A DNA stretch of 64,000 nucleotides from Candidatus Micrarchaeota archaeon. GTDB taxonomy: Archaea; Micrarchaeota; Micrarchaeia; Micrarchaeales; CABMGC01. The translations under genes were made by a program, and so were the position numbers. The DNA is taken from contig JAGWGI010000001.1 in assembly GCA_028867435.1 (NCBI GenBank), positions 19,996 to 83,995 on the forward strand, written 5' to 3'. The first letter of the stretch is position 1, and every line of letters begins with the position of its first letter. Below are positions 35,443 to 42,696 of this stretch, piece after piece. Below the pieces are notes generated by a model, which saw nothing but the letters and a program-made list of their open reading frames with translations, did not search any database and was not told where the DNA came from.

Positions 35443-37815
35443 ATGGCGCCCCTCTCCAAGTCGCTCAAGATTGTGGTAATTGCGGTACCCATAGTCGCAA
35501 TCGCAGCCATAGTCCTTGGAATAACCTTGTATACGGAGAGCGTGCTTGCAGGGATAGGCACAGCGCATTACCAGCCTCCTGGCGGACAGATGGCGTTCAC
35601 ATTAAATGTGACCTCGACCGGCACAACCACGTTCGATAACGCGAAACTGATAGTCCCGTATGCTCAGGCAAAGTACTCTGTGGCGAACGTGATAAACCTG
35701 ACGCTAGATCTCAACTTTTACGCCAGAAACCCGCTTCCGCAAGTCTACCTGCTTAACGTGACCGGCTACTGCTATGAATGCTACAACCAGCAGGCGATGT
35801 ACCAGAACATAAGCGCTACGCTCACTAATTACGGGGTGATACAATCGCCTGCAGACCTCAATCTTGTGGGGGAGCAGGGAATCGCGGACATACCGCGGGG
35901 ATCAATAGTAATAATAGATTCAGGGCTGATGCCGGTCTACCTGCTGCCTGACACAGGCTATGATGCTATCGGTTCAACTGTACTTAGCATGCTGGGCAGG
36001 AACGATACGATACTATACATCGGAGACAACTTCTCCAGGCTGGTAGGGGAAGGGGGGGTAATACTCTCAGAGCCGCAGCAAACTGAAGTAGACCTCTCTG
36101 CAGCGGGGCTGGCAACAACCCTTTTCTTTAACAAGAATTCAAGCTCCATACACCTGCACTTCGCGAGCCCCACCTTCGGATTCGCATATGGACAGTACAG
36201 TGGGAAGATAACATATGTCTCATCTGGGAACGGGACGATGATAGCCCTTGCGAACACGCAGAAGTCAGCATGGGGCAACAGCAGCTCTGAGGCAAACGAC
36301 ATCGGAACGCTGCTTAGCAGCAGGTTCTGGATGAGCGACAAGGCGAGCGGCACTGTGGTACCCTCGCGCGCAAATGGCAGCGTAGGGATAGCGGCGTTCA
36401 ACACCACCTTCCTCAACGCCCAGGGAGTTGGGGAATCGATAAACTCTTCGTATCCACTGCTCACTGCCATAATAACAAACCAGAGCGACACGCAAAAGCT
36501 CAGCATCCCGCTACACCTAAAGTTCAGCTCGAACGGAACGATAAGCATACAGCCTGCCATAGGCCAGACACAGATAGTGCCAATAGCAGTCTCGGTCGGG
36601 GCGAACTCGACAACGCAGCAGATAATCACCACGCACGTGGACATCTACGACAAAAACCTCACCTACAGGACCAGCATAAACATCCCGTTCTTCAACACGA
36701 CAAGGAACATAAGGACGCAGATAACATATTCCTCATTTGACATACCAAGCGGATCCTACATTGCCATCCTCAGGGACTCCCTCAACAGATACTACTCCAG
36801 TGCAATATTCAACATAACAAACGTCTCGATAGTGCCAACCTCGCTGGACTTCAAGAACGGAAGGTTCCTCTTCGCAGCCACCAGCGACAATTTCGCCCTG
36901 ACCAACACCACATACGCCATAAGCTTGAATGGGCAGTATTCGCAGAGCGGCAACCTCACTGGGGGCTTGATAAATTACACCCTGCCGCGTGGCACTGTGA
37001 TAGGCTATGGGAACGAGACTTTTAACATTGAGCTCTTTGGCACCCGATACACATACTCCACTCAGAACGTGCAGCAAGTGCTACACATACCGGCAATATA
37101 CATAGAGTTCCTCATAGTGGGCGCAGTAGTGCTCATCTTAAACCTGATAGTCAAGGCCCCAAACAGGGACGAATACTATGTAGATGTACCGGAATTCCAG
37201 CAGGTAAAGAAGGTCGCTGTCAAGGTGAACAAGAGCGAGGTGCTCAGCGTATTTGACAAGGTAAACTTCTATTACCATTGGAGGTACATGCCACTGACCA
37301 TTGAGGAGATAAAGAGCGGGGTAGGCACCAACATAAGGTACAACAACATTCCGGTCTCAATCACCCTACAGAATGCACTTGCGATAGTGAGCAGGCTTGT
37401 GGTAGATGGCGATGTAGTAGGATCAGGCAATTACTACGCCCCGAAGAGGTGGGTAGAGGAATCTGGATATGACATAGAATACCTCTCAATCTTCAGGAGG
37501 GTTAGGGATTACTGCGTTGGGCACTCGATACTCTTCACTGACATAGGCACAAGCGAGAAGGCTGACATCACCCTTAGCAAGTCTGGAGTGCAGGTGCACG
37601 CGCTGCTCTACTCGGGCATCTCCGGAATCCGCGACATAGGGATATCGCAGGAGTCGAGGACCTACATAATCTTTGCAGACCAGGAGAAAAAGCTCCAGTT
37701 TACAGAGCGGCTCTACGGATCGTATGGAAACCAGTCCGAGATGCTCAAGATGGGGCTCTCCTATGAATACATAAGACTGATTGACGCCTCGGAGCTAGAC
37801 CAGCTAATCTTCTAA
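35443..37815 (+). CDS. Bitopic surface protein (N-terminal anchor, ~540-aa sequon-rich ectodomain, second TM helix, ~230-aa cytoplasmic domain)
   Basis: TM1 IVVIAVPIVAIAAIVLGITLY, TM2 IYIEFLIVGAVVLILNLIV, many N-x-S/T sequons in between. No family recognised. Confidence 0.55.
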   Translation: MAPLSKSLKIVVIAVPIVAIAAIVLGITLYTESVLAGIGTAHYQPPGGQMAFTLNVTSTGTTTFDNAKLIVPYAQAKYSVANVINLTLDLNFYARNPLPQVYLLNVTGYCYECYNQQAMYQNISATLTNYGVIQSPADLNLVGEQGIADIPRGSIVIIDSGLMPVYLLPDTGYDAIGSTVLSMLGRNDTILYIGDNFSRLVGEGGVILSEPQQTEVDLSAAGLATTLFFNKNSSSIHLHFASPTFGFAYGQYSGKITYVSSGNGTMIALANTQKSAWGNSSSEANDIGTLLSSRFWMSDKASGTVVPSRANGSVGIAAFNTTFLNAQGVGESINSSYPLLTAIITNQSDTQKLSIPLHLKFSSNGTISIQPAIGQTQIVPIAVSVGANSTTQQIITTHVDIYDKNLTYRTSINIPFFNTTRNIRTQITYSSFDIPSGSYIAILRDSLNRYYSSAIFNITNVSIVPTSLDFKNGRFLFAATSDNFALTNTTYAISLNGQYSQSGNLTGGLINYTLPRGTVIGYGNETFNIELFGTRYTYSTQNVQQVLHIPAIYIEFLIVGAVVLILNLIVKAPNRDEYYVDVPEFQQVKKVAVKVNKSEVLSVFDKVNFYYHWRYMPLTIEEIKSGVGTNIRYNNIPVSITLQNALAIVSRLVVDGDVVGSGNYYAPKRWVEESGYDIEYLSIFRRVRDYCVGHSILFTDIGTSEKADITLSKSGVQVHALLYSGISGIRDIGISQESRTYIIFADQEKKLQFTERLYGSYGNQSEMLKMGLSYEYIRLIDASELDQLIF

Positions 37816-39423
37816 AGCCTCTGCAACTGCACTCCCCTCCTGAGCAGTCTCTGCCTTCTCGTCTGCTAGCAGCGCGCTGTACCTCTTGTCCACAAATGAC
37901 TTGAGCTCCTTCTCGATTATCTCGCTCTTTATCTCTGTGAGCTCTGAGAGGTCTGCGGAAAGCTGGCTGACGTACCTCATGATCGTGTTGTACTTGGACT
38001 CCTGGGTATTCTTGTTCTTTATGCCGCTTAGATACCTCTGCAGCGAGCGCAGCCCGTCCATAACCGCGAGCCTTATCTCCTCCACTATTTCCTCCTCTTG
38101 CGCTACGCTCTGTTTGCCCACCCCGGAGTAGGGTATGTAAACAGAGCACACGCTGACAAGGATGCTTATCGGCGAAGCCTCGAAATCGTCTATGTTGTAG
38201 CGCTTCCACTGTATTCCCTTGACAGCCTCGCTTATCCCGCATGTCCCCCCGTCGAATAGCAAAGGCACCTTGTTGGCAAACCTGAGGATGTTGCCGCTCA
38301 CTGCGCCATCGGTGACCCTGCCTGCGCTTCCGCCGTATGCGACTCCTATCTCTACAACAAAAGGTATCCCGCCACGAAACACCTTTGGCTTTCTCTCAAC
38401 CACGGAGACGAACTCTGGGCCGAGGATGTTCCTTATCGCCGCCTCGACCTGCTTCTCGCCGATTAGTGACAGCGAATCCATCTCTGGCCCTATCCATTTT
38501 ATCTTCCTAAAGGCTAAGACGAGCTTCTCTGCATCGTCCCATGTCATCTCCCTTGGGCTTTTGGAGAGGTCTATGCCTGGAAGGAGCCTCTTTAGCTCTG
38601 TGATCTTGTTCTGGGTTACGCGGGCAAAGGAGTCCACAAGAAATGAGGAGATCTTGGTAGATTCTGTGACGTGCGCAAAGTCGAGAAGGTCGCTAGACTC
38701 AAGGCCCAGCGGATGGGGCTGTATCTGCTTTGGCCTCTGGGGCATCTCGCTTACAGATCTTGGAAACGCCATCTCCTTGCCCTCAGGGTCCACCAGCCTG
38801 ACGCTGATGTGGGGATTTACAAGGGCTGTTCTCTTCAAATACTCCGCAACGCCGTGGTCGCTGTTCTCGTATTTTACTCCCCCGAATTCTGCTTCCACGA
38901 TAAGGCCCTTAAACGAGCCCTTTTCCAGATCTGCAATGTTTTCCACAACCGGCTTGTTGTCCTTTATGCTTATCCCTATGTCGCACTCATAGGCCTCCTT
39001 GTCTGTCCCAGACTTCACGTGTATCTTCTTGCCAGTTGTTATCTGGGAGAAGAGGGTGCATCCCGCAGCGCCGATCCCTTGCTGGCCACGCTGCTGCATG
39101 TATCTTTGGAACTTTGTCCCAGAGAGCACATTGGCAAGAGCCTTGCCCACGAACTTCTTTGGTATGCCTGGCCCGTTGTCTGTGACCTTGAGCAGATACC
39201 TTTCTTCGCCTGTGGACTTTATCTTAACAATTATCTCCGGAAGAACACCAGCCTCCTCGCACGCATCAAGCGTGTTGGTGACGTATTCGTGCACCACGGT
39301 GGTGAGCGATCTCACCTTGCCTGCGTAGCCAAGCATCTGCCTGTTTTTGCGGAAGAACTCGGAAATGGAGTGCTCCTTGAACTCCTTGAATATCTCTTCG
39401 GCGCTTACCCTTTTCTCTGCCAT
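37804..39423 (-). CDS. top6B: DNA topoisomerase VI subunit B
   Basis: GHKL ATPase motifs HEYVTNTLDACEEAG and VTDNGPGIP, GQQGIGAAG, and a transducer domain. 539 aa. Confidence 0.9.
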   Translation of the reverse strand: MAEKRVSAEEIFKEFKEHSISEFFRKNRQMLGYAGKVRSLTTVVHEYVTNTLDACEEAGVLPEIIVKIKSTGEERYLLKVTDNGPGIPKKFVGKALANVLSGTKFQRYMQQRGQQGIGAAGCTLFSQITTGKKIHVKSGTDKEAYECDIGISIKDNKPVVENIADLEKGSFKGLIVEAEFGGVKYENSDHGVAEYLKRTALVNPHISVRLVDPEGKEMAFPRSVSEMPQRPKQIQPHPLGLESSDLLDFAHVTESTKISSFLVDSFARVTQNKITELKRLLPGIDLSKSPREMTWDDAEKLVLAFRKIKWIGPEMDSLSLIGEKQVEAAIRNILGPEFVSVVERKPKVFRGGIPFVVEIGVAYGGSAGRVTDGAVSGNILRFANKVPLLFDGGTCGISEAVKGIQWKRYNIDDFEASPISILVSVCSVYIPYSGVGKQSVAQEEEIVEEIRLAVMDGLRSLQRYLSGIKNKNTQESKYNTIMRYVSQLSADLSELTEIKSEIIEKELKSFVDKRYSALLADEKAETAQEGSAVAEALED

Positions 39424-39440
39424 GCCCTCACCTTATAGAA

Positions 39441-39938
39441 TCAGCGAATCGACCGCCTCGCTTTCTCCATTACTCTGTACGCCTTTTTATGCGTTCCGCC
39501 CTCGAGCAGTATCTTAATAGCGACACTGGCTATCTTGTTCTGCTCTATAGTCCCCATCGTACTGACGGTATTTTCATAGATGCAAAGCTTTGCGCCTGAG
39601 ACCGCCTCTATGTACTCCTTGGTTTTGCCGTTCTGGCCTATAACTCGCGCCTTGACTCTGGTCATCTGGTCCTTTGTCTTGAATAGTTCCTTGAGGTTTA
39701 TCGGATTGAAAAAATAGTCGTCAGAGAGCAGGGCATACGCTTGATTGATCTCAAATCCCCTTCCGAAAGCGGCGAGGACGTTCTTGGCGTTGTACTCGTC
39801 ATAGGGCTCGCCTTCTATCACCATCCTGTTTTCCTCTTCTATACGTACGGTGCACTTGAGCCTCTTCTCTATCGAATCGAGGAGTTTCTTGTCGGATAGG
39901 AGTTTTGCCCGTTTTGCAGGGATTAGCAGATGCTGCAT
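39441..39938 (-). CDS. KH-domain RNA-binding protein (Dim2/Pno1-like, two KH modules)
   Basis: IPAKRAKLLSDKKLLDSIEKRLKCTVRIEEE... and VIGQNGKTKEYIEAVSGAKLCIYENTV (GxxG-type KH loop). Confidence 0.7.
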   Translation of the reverse strand: MQHLLIPAKRAKLLSDKKLLDSIEKRLKCTVRIEEENRMVIEGEPYDEYNAKNVLAAFGRGFEINQAYALLSDDYFFNPINLKELFKTKDQMTRVKARVIGQNGKTKEYIEAVSGAKLCIYENTVSTMGTIEQNKIASVAIKILLEGGTHKKAYRVMEKARRSIR

Positions 39939-40271
39939 TTTTACACTCGGAGTTACTTTGGATAACTAACTTATTTAAGCGTAACAGGAAAATCATGCAG
40001 CAATCTTATCGGAACTCTTTGGTGGTGCGAAACTTCCACTATATTCCATCATGAGGCAGTTTGTCGTCGTAAATTTTCCCCTTTTGGAAATGGCTAGGGT
40101 TTATGCACAGTTTTTGGCACATCTATATGGGCAGAGATTAGCGCAAGCTTTAAATATCTTAATGATTACATACTCAGCATTGTGTGATTCAATCGTGATT
40201 CTTTCACGAAGAAAAACTGTTGGATTCACGAATGCAGAGGGTTTACAGAGAGAGTATAAGGTTGTGATAAA

Positions 40272-40781
40272 ATGGCCAAAAATGCTGAACTAATGGAGAA
40301 GGAAATCCAGGAGCTAAAGAAGGTCGTTGAAAGGCTCTCCAGGGTTAACTCTGTTGAGGAAGTTGAGGAGAGCGGCACAGGAGTTGCGGCGCTGATGAAG
40401 TACATGCTTGAGGAAAGGGAGAGGACTAATAGGATGCTCAGGGGAATCGGCGAGAGGCTAAAGAAACTTGAGCAGGAACTTAACGAGATGGATAGCGAGG
40501 AGGAGAAGCAGTTGGACTTCCAGGCAGGAGGAAGCAGGGAAGTACCCCTTTCATCTCTGGACGCGAAAATACTCGAGCTTGCTCAGTCAAAAGGCTTGAT
40601 CTGCGCTGACGATGTGAAGGCGCAGATGAGCTACAAGGGCAGGAATGCTGCCTGCGCAAGACTGAACAGGCTTTACAGGGCAGGACTCTTGGACAGGTTC
40701 CAACTTGGCCACAAAGTCTACTTCAAATATGACGCTGGCAAGACGACCAATACGGCACTCATTATTTCACCTCCACAGTGA
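40272..40781 (+). CDS. Coiled-coil plus winged-helix DNA-binding protein (putative transcriptional regulator)
   Basis: N-terminal coiled coil, then LSSLDAKILELAQSKGLICADDVKAQMSYKGRNAACARLNRLYRAGLLDRFQLGHKVYFKY. Confidence 0.55.
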   Translation: MAKNAELMEKEIQELKKVVERLSRVNSVEEVEESGTGVAALMKYMLEERERTNRMLRGIGERLKKLEQELNEMDSEEEKQLDFQAGGSREVPLSSLDAKILELAQSKGLICADDVKAQMSYKGRNAACARLNRLYRAGLLDRFQLGHKVYFKYDAGKTTNTALIISPPQ

Positions 40782-40790
40782 GAAACTGAG

Positions 40791-40817
40791 GGTCCGCCTT
40801 TCCCCCAAAGGCGGACC
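40791..40817 (+). terminator. Perfect 8-bp stem hairpin followed by a T-rich tract, 10 nt after the stop codon
   Basis: ggtccgcc-tttcccccaaa-ggcggacc, then atcctatttctt. May be a terminator-like element or part of a structured RNA (see findings). Confidence 0.3.
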
Positions 40818-40931
40818 ATCCTATTTCTTGTGATGGGTGCCATTGCCTGAACCCGCAAGCGGGTTCAAAATAAGCCCCAGCGAGCACCCAAACGATTATT
40901 GAATAACGGCTAAATAGGGAGTCGTAAAACC

Positions 40932-41696
40932 GTGATTATGCTCAGGCAGAGAGCGCAATTTTTACGGCTTTGCAGAGGTGAGATGTTGAGGGAGAGAGGA
41001 AGGATGACCAAGAAGCAGGTAATTGCCGCTGCCATTAAGCTTAAGGACGAGCCGAAATATTTTGAGATATACAGGAAGGTGATGGCTGTTGAAGAGCTGC
41101 CAAGGCAAGAAGAATGCGCAAGGCTTATGGAGAGGGTGGACAAGAGGTTTGGAGAACAGACGTATGCATACATGCTAGCAAGGAATGGCTATTTCCAAGT
41201 GGTTCACGACAAACTTATAGCCGATCTTAAGAAGCTGACAAGGAAACTTGGCACACAAAAAAATCTTGAGATTTGCTCTGGCTGGGGCAAGATATCGTAT
41301 CATCTAAACAAATCAGGGGTAGAGATAAAGGCTACAGACAAAAAGGGAAGCAAACACGTAGAAGGATTGAATCATCGCAGGGCGCTTGAGAAGTACAACC
41401 CTGATTTTGTGATTGCATCCTCGCCACCACTTGACTCAATTGTTTTTGATACGCTCAGGCACAAATCAGTAAAGCATCTTTTGGTGATTGCAAAGGGCAG
41501 CAAGATATCTATATTGCACGGCAGTACAATAGCGAGGCTTGCAAAGTCTAGCCCTGTTGATTTGAGCACCTTCCCTTCATGCCTTGATGGGATGTACGGC
41601 TCAGGCTGGCAGGGCAATTATTTTGGGAAGAGGGTATTTGATTTCTCCATGAGCCTGCTGGAAAACGCGCTCTTCACAACATACAGGCAGGATTAG
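40932..41696 (+). CDS. Hypothetical protein with a SAM-methyltransferase-like motif I
   Basis: NLEICSGWGKISYHLNKSGVEIKATD resembles Rossmann motif I and post-I. The start is uncertain; ATG 41004 (MTKKQVIAAAIK) is more plausible than 40932. Confidence 0.4.
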   Translation: MIMLRQRAQFLRLCRGEMLRERGRMTKKQVIAAAIKLKDEPKYFEIYRKVMAVEELPRQEECARLMERVDKRFGEQTYAYMLARNGYFQVVHDKLIADLKKLTRKLGTQKNLEICSGWGKISYHLNKSGVEIKATDKKGSKHVEGLNHRRALEKYNPDFVIASSPPLDSIVFDTLRHKSVKHLLVIAKGSKISILHGSTIARLAKSSPVDLSTFPSCLDGMYGSGWQGNYFGKRVFDFSMSLLENALFTTYRQD

Positions 41697-41733
41697 AGTT
41701 TTTATTTCTATAGTGCAATTAACATTTGATTAA

Positions 41734-42693
41734 ATGGAGAATATAGCCGTGCTATCGCACAACGCCGACATGGATGGAGTCGGGGCTGCTGCGATGGTAA
41801 AGATGAAGTACGGCCTAGATTCCGGAAGGCTTTTCTTCTCCAGCTACGGAAAGGAGAGCGTGCTTTATGCCGAGAAACTTCTCAGGAAATTCTACTCGAA
41901 CGGATTCACGCTCTTCATAACAGATCTGAGCATGAACGAGCAGATGATTGCCACATGGATTCAGATAATAAAGAAAATCAAGGCAAGGGGGGGGAGGGTC
42001 ATCTGGTTTGACCACCATCCTTGGGGCAAGAATGGAATAGCAAAAGTCGCAAGGCTGTGCGACATAGCAATAGTTGGAGAGAATGAGAGATACTGCGCAA
42101 CAGAGATAGCGAGAAGGGAGCTCTCCCTAGACACTCCTTTCATAGACGAGTTCTGCAGGATAGTTCACCATTCCGACTTCAACTTGAGGCCAAGGGACAG
42201 GAGGTCAAGGCAGATAATAAAGGAGTACGCGCTTAGCATAACCTCTTTCACAAAGACCGGTACCGATGCAAGTATACAAAAAAAACTCAGGCATATGGCA
42301 GTGGTGATAGGCAATAGGAGGTTCACAGATCAGATGATTGAAAAGGCCTCTGCGGCATTTGAGAGAAAGAACAACATGCGCATAGAAAAGATGTTAAAGG
42401 GCCTGCATCTTGTGGGAAAGAGCATGGCGATAGGATTTGCCAGCGGGGTGCAGTCCACTCACGCGTGCAGCGAGATAATAAGAAAAAGCGGAAGGGACAT
42501 AGGCGTGATATTCGACTTAAAGACTGGCAAGGGCAGCATAAGGAGCGTTAAGAGCGACATATCAGCTCTTGCAGTCATGCTGCACGGTGGCGGGCATCCG
42601 CACGCTGCCGGATTTGAGATTAGGCGCGTGTCAGCGCAGAGGAAAATCGTTGAGAGAATAGCTAGCAGTGCGGCAAAACTCCAAATCGCTTGA
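41734..42693 (+). CDS. DHH/DHHA1-family phosphoesterase (NrnA/RecJ-like)
   Basis: VLSHNADMDGVGAA, FITDLS, WFDHH, and the DHHA1 motif GGGHPHAAG. Confidence 0.8.
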   Translation: MENIAVLSHNADMDGVGAAAMVKMKYGLDSGRLFFSSYGKESVLYAEKLLRKFYSNGFTLFITDLSMNEQMIATWIQIIKKIKARGGRVIWFDHHPWGKNGIAKVARLCDIAIVGENERYCATEIARRELSLDTPFIDEFCRIVHHSDFNLRPRDRRSRQIIKEYALSITSFTKTGTDASIQKKLRHMAVVIGNRRFTDQMIEKASAAFERKNNMRIEKMLKGLHLVGKSMAIGFASGVQSTHACSEIIRKSGRDIGVIFDLKTGKGSIRSVKSDISALAVMLHGGGHPHAAGFEIRRVSAQRKIVERIASSAAKLQIA

Positions 42694-42696
42694 ATG

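Noticed and set aside
35281-35568. Minus-strand 95-aa ORF in the gap of the + strand operon.
   Set aside because: It overlaps the start of the 790-aa gene and is antisense to a plus-strand small ORF that fits the operon spacing exactly. Its product has no features.
38219-39438. Long plus-strand ORFs (257 and 255 aa) opposite top6B. Similar ORFs of 270 and 273 aa lie opposite cdc48 (47747..49614), and a 228-aa ORF lies opposite the 790-aa gene.
   Set aside because: The opposite strand encodes unmistakable Top6B and CDC48 motifs. Long antisense ORFs are an expected by-product of codon bias. Their products are low-complexity Ser/Leu/Arg-rich sequence.
40829-40852. C/D-box sRNA-like pattern: gtgatgg (C-box-like), then 10 nt, then ctga (D'-like).
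   Set aside because: No C' box or terminal D box at appropriate spacing, and the C box deviates from RUGAUGA. The region is better described as nested hairpins.
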